The notes below the pieces were generated by a model. It was not told the origin of the DNA. It ran no database searches and saw only the letters and a program-made list of their open reading frames with translations. The position numbers and the translations under genes are program-made. Below, in pieces: positions 28,327 to 38,902 of a stretch of 52,350 bases of DNA (positions are counted from its first letter, which is position 1; every line of letters starts with the position of its first letter). Source of the stretch: Candidatus Coprovivens sp. (lineage in GTDB: Bacteria; Bacillota_I; Bacilli_A; RF39; UBA660); contig JBJFGS010000029.1 in assembly GCA_051892935.1 (NCBI GenBank), positions 1 through 52,350 of the forward strand, given 5' to 3'.

Positions 28327-29241
28327 TCATTTTTCCCATCTTGCATAAATGCCACAAGGCAATACTATATTACTATTTTTCATTGGTATACCTAGTTCAT
28401 CACTTGTTATTTTTCCTTGGTTTTTTTTATTTACGGTTAAAGATAAGACATTTTCTAAAACGGTCATTGATAAGCCGGCTGTGTATGAATTTATTAGAAA
28501 TAATAGTGGGTCATCACTTAATATTTGAGTACATAGTTCAACTAAAGGATATAAATCTTTTTCAATATTCCATACTTCACCATTAGCTCCTCTACCGAAT
28601 GATGGAGGATCCATTATAATAATATCGTATTTATTTCCACGTCTTATTTCTCTATTTACAAATTTTACTACGTCATCAACAAGGAATCTAATTGGTTTAT
28701 CTTGAAGATTGCATGATGATACGTTTTCTTTGGCCCAGTCAACCATACCACGTGATGAATCAACATGAACTACTTCTGCTCCGGCAGCTAGAGCTGCGCA
28801 TGAAGCTGCTCCTGTATAAGCAAATAAGTTTAATACTTTGACTGGTCTTTTTGCTTTCTCAATAGTTTCTCTTATGTAATTCCAATTATAAGCTTGTTCT
28901 GGGAATAAGCCAGTGTGTTTGAATCCCATTTGCTTTATATTAAAAGTCAAATCTTTATAATGAACTTGCCATGTAGAAGGTAATTTTGGATTAAGTGTTT
29001 CCCAATTGCCTCCTCCTTTATTACTTCGATGATATATAGCATCTATTCTATTCCAATATTCTGGATATTCTTTATGATTCCAAACTATTTGAGGATCTGG
29101 TCGTAATAGTTTATAGCCATTCCAATCTTCTAATTTCATTCCTTCTGACATATCTAGTATTTGATATTCTTGGAAGTCGTTAACTAATTTCATTAAAATC
29201 ACCAAAGTTATTATAGCATGTTTTTGAAAGAAAAAAAGCAC
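28327..29241 (-). CDS. Class I SAM-dependent methyltransferase (RlmI/RlmK-like)
   Basis: HTGLFPEQ, VLNLFAYTG, IIMDPPSFG; start probably 29193. Confidence 0.88.
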   Translation of the reverse strand: MLFFFQKHAIITLVILMKLVNDFQEYQILDMSEGMKLEDWNGYKLLRPDPQIVWNHKEYPEYWNRIDAIYHRSNKGGGNWETLNPKLPSTWQVHYKDLTFNIKQMGFKHTGLFPEQAYNWNYIRETIEKAKRPVKVLNLFAYTGAASCAALAAGAEVVHVDSSRGMVDWAKENVSSCNLQDKPIRFLVDDVVKFVNREIRRGNKYDIIIMDPPSFGRGANGEVWNIEKDLYPLVELCTQILSDDPLLFLINSYTAGLSMTVLENVLSLTVNKKNQGKITSDELGIPMKNSNIVLPCGIYARWEK

Positions 29242-29242
29242 A

Positions 29243-29779
29243 TTAACTATGTGCTATCAATGTTTTTATAATTGGTTCAAATAATTCTAGTATTCCGTTT
29301 ACGAAAACAAAGAATCCTAAAATAACTACTTGGCTTTCTAAGCCATATGATAAGTTAATACTTGATAGAATTCCTGCTAATATAAATAAGCTAAGATTTA
29401 GAATACTATATTTCCACATTCTATCTCGACGGTCATGGTAGTAATCTGCTTTTTTTAATTTTGTTAAAGACATAAAGATTGTCCATATCATAATAAGTAA
29501 AGCTAAGTTTTTAGCTGATAGAGATGGATTAATAAATATACTTGTTATTATAACTATGATTGATGATATGGCACTTGATATACTTTCATAATCTTTACTC
29601 TCTTTTGTTAAGATAAATTGAATAATACTTAGAATAGCATATAAACTAAATATTATTATGATTAACCATTTTATATTAGGTGTTTTTATTAATGGAAGAA
29701 TTAAGACTATTATTCCTATTAGGATCGTTATGAGTGCTATTATAGCATCAACTTGTTGTTTCTTTTTCATATTATTCAT
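29243..29779 (-). CDS. HdeD/DUF308-like membrane protein
   Basis: About 6 hydrophobic helices in 178 aa. Confidence 0.6.
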   Translation of the reverse strand: MNNMKKKQQVDAIIALITILIGIIVLILPLIKTPNIKWLIIIIFSLYAILSIIQFILTKESKDYESISSAISSIIVIITSIFINPSLSAKNLALLIMIWTIFMSLTKLKKADYYHDRRDRMWKYSILNLSLFILAGILSSINLSYGLESQVVILGFFVFVNGILELFEPIIKTLIAHS

Positions 29780-30623
29780 CCTCTTTTAAACATAGTTTTT
29801 CAAGTATTTTAGCTACACCATCATTTTCAGCACTATCTGTTATATATGTTGCTATTTCTTTTAATGTTTGATTGGCGTTTTCTACGGCAACTGATGTTCC
29901 TACCACATCACACATACAGATATCGTCATAACCATTTCCAATAGCTATAGCTCTTTCTCTATCTATTCCTAAATAATCTAGTAATTCTACTATACCAGTA
30001 CTTTTGGCAGTATTTTCAAGAACTAAGTCATGGAAGTATTCTTTACCTTTTTCACGTTTTTCTTCAATAAGACCTATTGATGAATGAACTACTTTAAGGG
30101 ATGGGAATTTTTCTTTAAATAAATTAGGTAATACTAGCATACGATCAAAGTTTGAACTTAGTATTACTAATTGATTTATTTTGTTTTCTTTTAGGACTTC
30201 GTTTAAGTCTTCAAAATATATGGCTGGTTCACTATTATATTTGTAATCTTTTATATTGATATATCTTTTTTCTAGACTGTTTAAAATAATTGTCATATTA
30301 TGAGTAGTACAGTAGTCGTATATTTTTATTATGTCTTGGTTGTTTATTGGTTTAGAGAATATTTCTTTTCGTTCGTAATAGTTGTATACTTCTGCTCCAT
30401 TAGAGGAGATTGTATATTCACTTAAGCCTGCTTCAATGCTTTTTTCAATGGCATATTTGGCACTTCGACCAGTGTTTACGACTATTTTTATACCTTTATC
30501 TTTGACTTTTTTTAATATTTCTTTTGTATATTCTGATACTTGGCCGTTTGAAGGATTTAGCGTATCATCTATATCAACAAAAACAATATCATATTTATTC
30601 ACATATATCACCATTTCTAACAT
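29772..30623 (-). CDS. Cof-type HAD-IIB hydrolase
   Basis: DIDDTL, NTGR, SNGA, K..G, GNGYDD; start probably GTG at 30603. Confidence 0.9.
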   Translation of the reverse strand: MLEMVIYVNKYDIVFVDIDDTLNPSNGQVSEYTKEILKKVKDKGIKIVVNTGRSAKYAIEKSIEAGLSEYTISSNGAEVYNYYERKEIFSKPINNQDIIKIYDYCTTHNMTIILNSLEKRYINIKDYKYNSEPAIYFEDLNEVLKENKINQLVILSSNFDRMLVLPNLFKEKFPSLKVVHSSIGLIEEKREKGKEYFHDLVLENTAKSTGIVELLDYLGIDRERAIAIGNGYDDICMCDVVGTSVAVENANQTLKEIATYITDSAENDGVAKILEKLCLKEDE

Positions 30624-30697
30624 AATTATATTATGACATATAATGTAAATGTATGTATATTTTATGTTAAATATTTTACTATTATTTTACAATAATA

Positions 30698-32881
30698 CTA
30701 ATTGAAGTTACGCTTAGATTCAAAGTATGTAATTGTTATGAAAGATATAATACCAAGTGTACTTAGTAAGTAGGAAAGAAATTTATATGGGGTTTTGTAT
30801 TCTATTTCTATAGAGTGAAGACCTTCTTTTATAGGGAATCCTATATATGCCTCATCTACTTTTTCATATTTTATTTTTTTATTATCTACAAGTATTTTGA
30901 AGTTACTATTATAAGGGATAGTAATCATAAAATAGCTATCTTGTGATACTTCGATATTTCCTATTATTTTATCTCTTTTGGTATTATTTTTATCTATTAT
31001 AAAAGGATCAACTTTGGTAGAACAATTTTCGATATTAGCATAATCTAAGATATAGAATTCTATATTATTTAGAGAGTATTGACCTTTAGTAAAGGTTAAT
31101 ATTAAGTTAGTTTGATTAGTTTCTGATAACATGTATTCTAGAGTATTTGAGTTATTTATTAAGTGTTTTTCTATATTGTTTATTTTTATTATTTGATTTG
31201 TTCTACTATTTTTTATATCAAATTTTATATATATTATTTTGTTTTGATATTTAGATGGAAGCTGATAATTTAGTTTTAATGTTTCTTTAGTATTTATAAA
31301 TATAGAATTATCTTTTATATAGATATTTTCATCATTAAATATTTCTTCTAGTGGTAATTCTATTTTTTTGGTAGTTGGTATAAAGTTATTTTGAGATTCG
31401 TTATCTGTTATTATAACGTTTAATAATGCTTCTTGCTTAGTAGGTTTATTTAATTTTGAAAAGTCTTCGTAGCTCATTGTATTGGCGTTTGCAAAACCAA
31501 TAGGAAATGTATTTTCGTTTTTATATAGTTTTAGTTCTCCTATATTAGATATTTCTTTATAACCATGTTGAGGGTTATTTTTAGATATTAGATATTTATT
31601 GTTATTCAGTAGTAATCCTATTAAGTTGTTGTTATTTTCATTGTTATATAGTATTTCTTTATTGAAGTCTTGGTATTGTTTATTTTGTTTTATAGTGTTT
31701 ATTTGTGATGTATAGTTTTCTATATTATAGTAAGTTGTTTCGATATATGTTCTATATATATTATCTTCTTTTATAGTAGATAATAGTTTAGTTATATTGT
31801 TTTTATTTGGTATATAGATATTTTCATTAAGAGTATTTGTTAAGATAGTTGTACTTATTATAAATAGAAGTATTATTAAGATGTTTATATTAGGTTTCTT
31901 TTTTTGAATTGTTAATATGAGGTTTTCTATTATAATTAGATATAATATTAAATAAGATATTATTGAATAGTTTGTAAAGATATTTATTATAATTAGAGAT
32001 ACTAGAATAATTATGAGAATTATATTTTTTTTATTTTTCTTATAATATATTATAAAACTTGGGATAAGTAGTAATAGTAAAGGTATTGTTATTATATTAA
32101 AAGATACTTGATTAGTTATTTTTGTTGTATCTGATATAGTAAGTATTGTTGGTATTAGGAGAATACTTGAACATAATAAAGATACTATTATAGGGATTAT
32201 AATAGATATAATTCTTTTGGTAAGGGATTTTATTGTTATAGTATTCATTTGTTTTAAGTAACGATATAAACTATATATTAGGATGCTTATTATACCTGAT
32301 AAGCTTTGTTTATAGTTGGTTAGTAACATTAGAAATACTGAAATAGTAAGTAAGTATCCTTTTTGTTTTTCATATATTTTATCTACTCCATAGTAAGATA
32401 GAATTAAGAATAATGTATAACTTATTATAGAGGGATTATATTTGGTATTAAGTAATACTAATATAATAGTATATACTATGGATATTAGGAGAGATGATAT
32501 TTCAGAGTGTTTCTTTTTACGAAAGAATTTATATATTAAGATAATACTTATTATAGATAAGATAGTATTTATTATAATTAAATATGTTTTTATATTTATG
32601 AATGGTACAGTGTATGATACTATGGTAATAGGACTTAGAAAGCCATTTTCTACTAAATAGTATATGTTTTGACCATTTCCTATATTTAGTAGGAAGTCGG
32701 GAAATAAATCAAAATTTTTATAATATAGATTTCTTATTAGTTCTATTATAGATGTATCTTCTATAAATTGAGATGTATTAATATATAAATATTTTTTATT
32801 ATAAAGAAATATTATACTAATAAGGAATACTATTATAGTTATAATTATATTTAATAGGTCTTTTTTATTTAGTTTTTTCAT
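30698..32881 (-). CDS. YfhO-like GT-C membrane glycosyltransferase
   Basis: Many N-terminal TMs; LYKNENTFPIGF, TIPYNSNF..VD, G.HSIEIEY.TP followed by a final TM. Confidence 0.75.
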   Translation of the reverse strand: MKKLNKKDLLNIIITIIVFLISIIFLYNKKYLYINTSQFIEDTSIIELIRNLYYKNFDLFPDFLLNIGNGQNIYYLVENGFLSPITIVSYTVPFINIKTYLIIINTILSIISIILIYKFFRKKKHSEISSLLISIVYTIILVLLNTKYNPSIISYTLFLILSYYGVDKIYEKQKGYLLTISVFLMLLTNYKQSLSGIISILIYSLYRYLKQMNTITIKSLTKRIISIIIPIIVSLLCSSILLIPTILTISDTTKITNQVSFNIITIPLLLLLIPSFIIYYKKNKKNIILIIILVSLIIINIFTNYSIISYLILYLIIIENLILTIQKKKPNINILIILLFIISTTILTNTLNENIYIPNKNNITKLLSTIKEDNIYRTYIETTYYNIENYTSQINTIKQNKQYQDFNKEILYNNENNNNLIGLLLNNNKYLISKNNPQHGYKEISNIGELKLYKNENTFPIGFANANTMSYEDFSKLNKPTKQEALLNVIITDNESQNNFIPTTKKIELPLEEIFNDENIYIKDNSIFINTKETLKLNYQLPSKYQNKIIYIKFDIKNSRTNQIIKINNIEKHLINNSNTLEYMLSETNQTNLILTFTKGQYSLNNIEFYILDYANIENCSTKVDPFIIDKNNTKRDKIIGNIEVSQDSYFMITIPYNSNFKILVDNKKIKYEKVDEAYIGFPIKEGLHSIEIEYKTPYKFLSYLLSTLGIISFITITYFESKRNFN

Positions 32882-33584
32882 GTAATTCTTCCCACTTTCT
32901 ATATGAGATAAATTCTTCGTAAGGGATGATATGAGAATAATTATCTAATAAGGAGTCTTTACTATTATAGTTTGATAATAGTTTGTATTTTTCTTGAAGA
33001 AGATTATTATCTATTTTTAATAGAGAATCATAATAATTAGAGATAGTTGTTTTAGAATGATATTCTTGAAAATAGAATAATATATCTTTGTTATTAGTAT
33101 TTTCTGTTACAATGTTGCTTATTATTTTATGATGAATGTTACCATATTCACCATTAGGATTATGAGTTATTATAGTAGTCCATTTTTTGGTATTAATAAT
33201 ATCTTTTAGTTTTTTAGATATTTCTTTTTGATAAGGAATCCAATTTATACGAGTGTCATCTTTATACTCAGGATATTCTAATGATAGATATAGATCGTTA
33301 GTATATTTTATATTTTCTATAAATGAAGTTGTTTCTTTATTTTTAGTACATGAAATACATACTACTAAACAATTTTCTTCTATTAATTTAGTTGTAGTCC
33401 ATAATGATTCATCAGTAGGATGAGATACTATTATAAGAGTATCTACATTAAATAAATTTAATTTAGTAATGTCTTTTTGTAGATTGTTAGTTTTATAATA
33501 GTAAGAGATAGTTATAAAGATAGAAAGAACTATTATAATAATAGATAATATATATAATAAATATTTTTTAAATAGTTTTTTCAT
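32865..33584 (-). CDS. Membrane-anchored PIG-L/LmbE-like deacetylase
   Basis: N-terminal TM, VSHPTDE, ITHNPNGEYG..HH. Confidence 0.7.
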   Translation of the reverse strand: MKKLFKKYLLYILSIIIIVLSIFITISYYYKTNNLQKDITKLNLFNVDTLIIVSHPTDESLWTTTKLIEENCLVVCISCTKNKETTSFIENIKYTNDLYLSLEYPEYKDDTRINWIPYQKEISKKLKDIINTKKWTTIITHNPNGEYGNIHHKIISNIVTENTNNKDILFYFQEYHSKTTISNYYDSLLKIDNNLLQEKYKLLSNYNSKDSLLDNYSHIIPYEEFISYRKWEELHEKTK

Positions 33585-33718
33585 ATAACCATCCCCTGAA
33601 GATAAGAATATATATAATTTGATGATACTCTAATAAAATAAAGTTGTCAAATGAGTTTTTTTACTTAGGAAATCTTTATTTTTTTTATAATATGTGGTAT
33701 AAGTAAGACACTAAAAAA

Positions 33719-35074
33719 ATGAAAAGGAGTGATATTATGGAATTAGAAAATTTAAAAGAATTATTAGTTAATAAAAAGTTAGCTGATGTAAAAAAAATAT
33801 ATGAAGAAATGAATGAGTATGATATTGCCTCCTTGATAGAAGAATTACCTGATGAATTACTGATACAAGCTTTTAGATTATTGCCTAAAGATAAAGCTGT
33901 TGATGTATTTGTTAATCTTGATGAAGAAGTACAAAGAGACTTGATAGCTGATTTAACTAAAAAAGAAGCTAAAGCTATTATAGAAGATATGTTTACTGAT
34001 GATGCTGTTGATTTATTTGAAGAAATGCCTGCAATGTTAGTTACTTCTTTATTAGGTAGTGTTGATAAAGAAACTAGAAATGATATTAATAGATTACTTA
34101 AGTATCCTGATAATAGTGCTGGTTCTTTAATGGCTGTTGAGTATATACATTTGAAGATGGGATTAACTATAAAGGAATCTATAGAGAGAATTAGAAAGCA
34201 AGCTGATGATTTTGTATCTTATGATTCTTGTTTTGTTACTGATAAGGAAAGAAAATTATTAGGGTATGTAAATGTTAAAGATTTACTTATTAATGATCCT
34301 GATACTATGATAGATGATATTATGATTGAAACTGAACATAGTATTAATACTTTGATGGATCAAGAAGATGTAGCTAAGATGTTCCAAGATTATAACTACT
34401 CTACTTTACCTGTTGTAGATAGTGAAAATAGATTAGTTGGAGTTATTACAATTGATGATGTAGTTGATATTATGGAGGAAGAAGCTACTGAAGATATTGA
34501 GAAAATGGCTGGTATGGTTCCTACTGAGAAACCTTATTTAAAACAGAATTTGCTTGATATTTATAAAAGTAGAATGCCTTGGTTATTATTTTTAATGATA
34601 AGTTCAACTTTTACTAGTGGTATTATTTCTAGTTTTGAAGGAGCTTTAGCTAGTTGTGCTATTTTAACAGCTTTTATGCCAATGGTTATGGGGACTGGTG
34701 GAAATGCTGGAGGGCAATCAAGTGTTACAATAATTCGTGCTCTCTCTTTAGATGAAGTTAAGTTTAAGGATACTTTTAGAGTATTAATGAAAGAGTTTAC
34801 AATTGGAATTATTTGTGGTCTTACTTTGGCTGTTTGTAATTTCTTTAAGTTAATTCTTTTTGATAAAGTTACAAAGATGGTAGCTTTAGTAGTTTGTTTA
34901 TCTTTGTTTTTAACTGTTATGCTTGCTAAAGTTATTGGAGCAATACTTCCAATATTAGCAGATAAACTTCATTTGGATCCTGCTGTAATGGCTAATCCTA
35001 TTATAACTACTATTGTTGATGCTGGATCATTACTTGTTTATTTTCAAGTAGCAAGTATGTTACTAGGATTATAA
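33719..35074 (+). CDS. mgtE: Magnesium transporter MgtE
   Basis: MgtE N domain, CBS pair, GTGGNAGGQS, DPAVMANPIITTIVD. Confidence 0.96.
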   Translation: MKRSDIMELENLKELLVNKKLADVKKIYEEMNEYDIASLIEELPDELLIQAFRLLPKDKAVDVFVNLDEEVQRDLIADLTKKEAKAIIEDMFTDDAVDLFEEMPAMLVTSLLGSVDKETRNDINRLLKYPDNSAGSLMAVEYIHLKMGLTIKESIERIRKQADDFVSYDSCFVTDKERKLLGYVNVKDLLINDPDTMIDDIMIETEHSINTLMDQEDVAKMFQDYNYSTLPVVDSENRLVGVITIDDVVDIMEEEATEDIEKMAGMVPTEKPYLKQNLLDIYKSRMPWLLFLMISSTFTSGIISSFEGALASCAILTAFMPMVMGTGGNAGGQSSVTIIRALSLDEVKFKDTFRVLMKEFTIGIICGLTLAVCNFFKLILFDKVTKMVALVVCLSLFLTVMLAKVIGAILPILADKLHLDPAVMANPIITTIVDAGSLLVYFQVASMLLGL

Positions 35075-35103
35075 AAAATATCTAGTTGTTACTAGATATT
35101 TTT
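35074..35103. terminator. Bidirectional terminator
   Basis: aaaaatatctagt-tgtt-actagatattttt. Confidence 0.75.
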
Positions 35104-36632
35104 TATTTTACTATTAATGATGTACCTGTCATTTCTTTTGGTATTGGTAAACCAAGAAGTTCTAACATAGTTGGTGCTATATCAGCTAGTTTACCATTTT
35201 GTAGTTTTATTCCTTCTTTAGTTATTATACATGGTACTGGGTTTGTTGTATGAGATGTTACTGGTTTTTTGTCTTTATCCCACATCATATCACAGTTACC
35301 ATGATCGGCTATTATAATTAGAGTTCCTTTTAAGTCTTCGATTTTTTGATAAATTTTGCTTAAGCATTTATCCATGTCTTCTACAGCTTGTTTAGCTGCT
35401 TCATATACACCTGTATGACCTACCATATCACCATTGGCTAGGTTCATAATTGTTACATCGTAGTTTTCAACTTCTTTTAGGAAGTTTTCTGTTACTTCGT
35501 AAACACTCATTTCTGGTTTTAAATCGTATGTAGCTACTTTTGGTGAAGGAATTAGAATTTTTTTCATATCAGGATATTCTACTTCTTTTCCACCATCGAA
35601 GAAGAATGTTACATGAGGATATTTTTCTGTTTCTGCTATTCTTAGTTGGCTTATTCCATTGTTGTGTAGATAATCTACTAAGATGTTTTTTAAATCTAAG
35701 TCTTCAAAAGCTCTTTTAGCTTTTACGGTTTCTGTTACAGGGTACATAGTAAGAACTTTTAGATTAGTAAAATGTTTTACTTCTAGACCTTTTTCGTTAG
35801 CATCACTTTCATATGCAGTTGGATTTGATAAAAGTGTAAACATTTCTCTTATACGATCTTTTCTAAAATTGAATGTTATTATACCATCATTATCTTGTAA
35901 TGGAGTTTTATCTATAATACCTGGTATTACAAATTCATCGTATATTTCTTTGGAATAGTTTTCTTGGATTAGTTCTTGGTATGTTTTATATACTGGTCCT
36001 TCTCCATATACTAAGGCATCATATGCTAGTTTTAATCTATCATAGTTGTTGTCTCTATCCATTGCATAGTATCTTCCTGATATTAGGTTTATTTTACCAA
36101 TACCTAGTTCTTTTATTTTTTCATTTAGTTGATCTAAGTAAGTTAAAGCACTTTTTTCGTATGTATCACGTCCATCTAAGCAGATGTCTAGGATTACATT
36201 TTCGATATTGTTTTTCTTGCACATTTCAAGAAGTCCGAATAGATGGTTGATGTGTGAATGAACACCACCATCTGATAGTAAACCAAATAGATGTAAGTTT
36301 GAATTATTTTCTTTTACATGTTCTAAAACTTCAAGAATATTTTGGTTATTTAAAATACTACCATTTTCAATTGATGATGTGATGTTTTCAAGGGGTTGCA
36401 TGGCTACTCTTCCAGAACCTAGATTCATATGTCCAACTTCGCTTGTTCCCATTTGACCAGCTGGTAAGCCGACTGCTTGACCGCTTGCTTCAAGGATTGA
36501 ATTTGGATATTTTTTAAATAGCATGTCTAAGGTTGGTTTGTTGGCGTTTGCAAAAGCATTTCCATCTTTTTCTTCTCTTATTCCACATCCGTCTAATATA
36601 CATAGTACTAATGGTTTTGTCATATAATTCAC
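35103..36632 (-). CDS. gpmI: 2,3-bisphosphoglycerate-independent phosphoglycerate mutase
   Basis: ILDG, GQMGTSEVGH, GRYYAMDRD, AETEKYPHVT, DMVGHTG, ADHGN. Confidence 0.97.
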   Translation of the reverse strand: MNYMTKPLVLCILDGCGIREEKDGNAFANANKPTLDMLFKKYPNSILEASGQAVGLPAGQMGTSEVGHMNLGSGRVAMQPLENITSSIENGSILNNQNILEVLEHVKENNSNLHLFGLLSDGGVHSHINHLFGLLEMCKKNNIENVILDICLDGRDTYEKSALTYLDQLNEKIKELGIGKINLISGRYYAMDRDNNYDRLKLAYDALVYGEGPVYKTYQELIQENYSKEIYDEFVIPGIIDKTPLQDNDGIITFNFRKDRIREMFTLLSNPTAYESDANEKGLEVKHFTNLKVLTMYPVTETVKAKRAFEDLDLKNILVDYLHNNGISQLRIAETEKYPHVTFFFDGGKEVEYPDMKKILIPSPKVATYDLKPEMSVYEVTENFLKEVENYDVTIMNLANGDMVGHTGVYEAAKQAVEDMDKCLSKIYQKIEDLKGTLIIIADHGNCDMMWDKDKKPVTSHTTNPVPCIITKEGIKLQNGKLADIAPTMLELLGLPIPKEMTGTSLIVK

Positions 36633-36687
36633 TCTTTTCTACGTATATTATTTTAACATAGATAGTTTTTTTTGAATATAAAAAGAA

Positions 36688-37923
36688 TTAGATTTTATCT
36701 AATTCTTTAGCTATTTCTTCTTTTGTTATTCCTTTACCAATAAAGACAATTTTTATCATTTTGTCACCATAGAATTCATCCCATTCTTTTTTTAAATCTG
36801 GGTTTTGTTTTAGGATTTCTTTTTGGATATGTGGTGGTTCATCAACCAACCATGGTCCTGCTTCTGTTAAGTCTTTTAGTGAACCAGCTTGTTCAAACAT
36901 GTATGACATATTTTTTTCATCGTTAAAATATGTTATTCCTTTGGCTCTTATTATTTTTTTAGGCCATGGTTTACTAATGTATTCTAGGAATTTTTTTCTA
37001 TCCATTGGTTCTCTTCTATAATAAACGAATGTATTTATGCCATATTCATCAACATGGTTATGGCCTTCTTGGTGATGATGTCCACAGTGGCATTCTTCGC
37101 CATGTTCATGGCAGTGACATTCTTCATCATGTTCATGATGATGGCAATGGCATTCTTCATCATCATGGCAGTGACAATCCTCATCTTCTTCTGTTATATC
37201 AAATTCATCTATTTCTTTATACCAACCTGAAGATGTTGCTATTTTTTCAAAATCAAATGATTTTGTTTCAAGAATATCTTTTAAGTCAACTTTAGCATAG
37301 TTTGTTTCAATTATCTTGGCTTTAGGTGCTAAAGCATTTAAAACTTCTTTTACAGAAGATAATTCTTCTTTTGTTATTTCATCTATCTTGTTTAGAATTA
37401 TTGTATTACAGAATTCTATTTGTTCTATTATAAGTTTTGTTATATTATCTTTATTATCATTTAATAGTTCTTCACCACTAGCAAATTCATCTTTTAATCT
37501 TTTGGCATCTACTACTGATGTTATTGAATCTAGATAACATAGTTTAGGCATTTTATATTCTTCATAGGCATCTTCTAAAGCACAGATTGTTTGAGCTATT
37601 GGAATTGGTTCACAAATACCACTTGCTTCAATTATAATGTAATCGAATTTTTCTGTTTCGATTATATTTTGAAGTTGTTCTAATAAATCAGTATTTAAAG
37701 AACAACAAATACAACCATTTTGTAATGCTACTAATGAATCATCTTTTCCGTTTACGATGCCGCCTTTTTGAATTAGGTCAGCATCAATGTTTACTTCACC
37801 AATGTCATTTACAATAACAGCTATTTTATAACCTTCTTGGTTGTTTAATATATAATTAAGAAGGGTTGTTTTACCACTTCCAAGGTAACCTGTTAATAAA
37901 GTTATAGGTATACTTTTTTTCAT
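36688..37923 (-). CDS. COG0523/CobW family metal-chaperone GTPase
   Basis: GYLGSGKTT, GCICC, EASG, NKID, His/Cys-rich insert, CobW_C domain. Confidence 0.93.
   Translation of the reverse strand: MKKSIPITLLTGYLGSGKTTLLNYILNNQEGYKIAVIVNDIGEVNIDADLIQKGGIVNGKDDSLVALQNGCICCSLNTDLLEQLQNIIETEKFDYIIIEASGICEPIPIAQTICALEDAYEEYKMPKLCYLDSITSVVDAKRLKDEFASGEELLNDNKDNITKLIIEQIEFCNTIILNKIDEITKEELSSVKEVLNALAPKAKIIETNYAKVDLKDILETKSFDFEKIATSSGWYKEIDEFDITEEDEDCHCHDDEECHCHHHEHDEECHCHEHGEECHCGHHHQEGHNHVDEYGINTFVYYRREPMDRKKFLEYISKPWPKKIIRAKGITYFNDEKNMSYMFEQAGSLKDLTEAGPWLVDEPPHIQKEILKQNPDLKKEWDEFYGDKMIKIVFIGKGITKEEIAKELDKI
37054..37179 (-). repeat. Four (E/D)CHC repeats forming a His/Cys-rich insert in CobW
   Basis: DCHCHDDEECHCHHHEHDEECHCHEHGEECHCGHHHQEGHNH. 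Confidence 0.85.
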
Positions 37924-38000
37924 AATATCATCTCTCTTTATTTGTTTATTATAGTATTTTTTTTCTATTATAACAATAAAAAAGGAAAATAATTTTCCTT

Positions 38001-38813
38001 TTATTTTATTAGGTTATAATACATTAATGCATAATTTAAATCTTCTATACCACAGCCTTCTGTTAAAGAATAATGGTCTTTTCCATTAAGTGTATAATGA
38101 TCTGGATCGATTTTTACTTCAGCAGCATATTCTTGATCTTCGTACATAGCTTCTTTGTATTCTGATATACCAATATGTTTTATTGTATAGGTAGTTGTTT
38201 TTGATGTTTCTTTTACTTCAAAGTCATAATCTATATAACCTTTAGCAGTAGATCCACCTGGTACATTAACATCAGCTTCTTTTCCGTTTACTTTGCATAA
38301 GACATATTTTTCTTTTAAGATTAGTTGGCCATTTTTTATTTCCCAAGTACCAGCTCTTAGAACTTCTTTGTTTGATACATCGTATTCAGAGATGTTTAAA
38401 ACATAAGTTCCATCTTCATCAAAGTAATACATTTCAGGAAGACCACTACCCCATCCTCCAGGTTCTGTTGAATGAATAGCATTCATATGAAAACTTTCGT
38501 AGTCTTTTACTATTTTTATGGATTTTTTTGATGCTATATTTTTGATCATTTTATCAAATTCATCATATTTAATTCCTACTATTTGTATTTTTTCTTCTTT
38601 AGATGGAGTTTCTTCTTTTTCTTCTTCCTTATTTTCTTCTACTTTTTCATTTTCTTCATTTTCTTCTTTTTCTGTATCTTTTTCAGTATTTTTTGCTTCT
38701 TTATATTCGTAATATTTATTTCCTAAATAAAATCCTCCTATTAGTGCTGCTATCATAAATATTATAACTAGTATTATTAATATAATATTTTTTGATTTTG
38801 GTTTTTCTTCCAT
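38001..38813 (-). CDS. Membrane-anchored extracytoplasmic hypothetical protein
   Basis: N-terminal TM, E/K linker, beta-rich domain; AGGAGG RBS. Confidence 0.8.
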   Translation of the reverse strand: MEEKPKSKNIILIILVIIFMIAALIGGFYLGNKYYEYKEAKNTEKDTEKEENEENEKVEENKEEEKEETPSKEEKIQIVGIKYDEFDKMIKNIASKKSIKIVKDYESFHMNAIHSTEPGGWGSGLPEMYYFDEDGTYVLNISEYDVSNKEVLRAGTWEIKNGQLILKEKYVLCKVNGKEADVNVPGGSTAKGYIDYDFEVKETSKTTTYTIKHIGISEYKEAMYEDQEYAAEVKIDPDHYTLNGKDHYSLTEGCGIEDLNYALMYYNLIK

Positions 38814-38875
38814 TTTTATTCCTCCTATTATATATAGGATATCATATTATATAATGTAATAATATATATAAATGA

Positions 38876-38898
38876 AAAAGACACGTATATACGTGTCA
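38876..38898 (-). terminator. Terminator of the TCS-plsC operon
   Basis: aaaa-gacacgt-atat-acgtgtc. Confidence 0.6.
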
Positions 38899-38902
38899 AA
38901 TA

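Noticed and set aside
33585-33735. M-box riboswitch upstream of mgtE
   Set aside because: The -10-like TGGTATAAG sits only about 35 nt before the likely start, leaving no room, and no matching structure is visible
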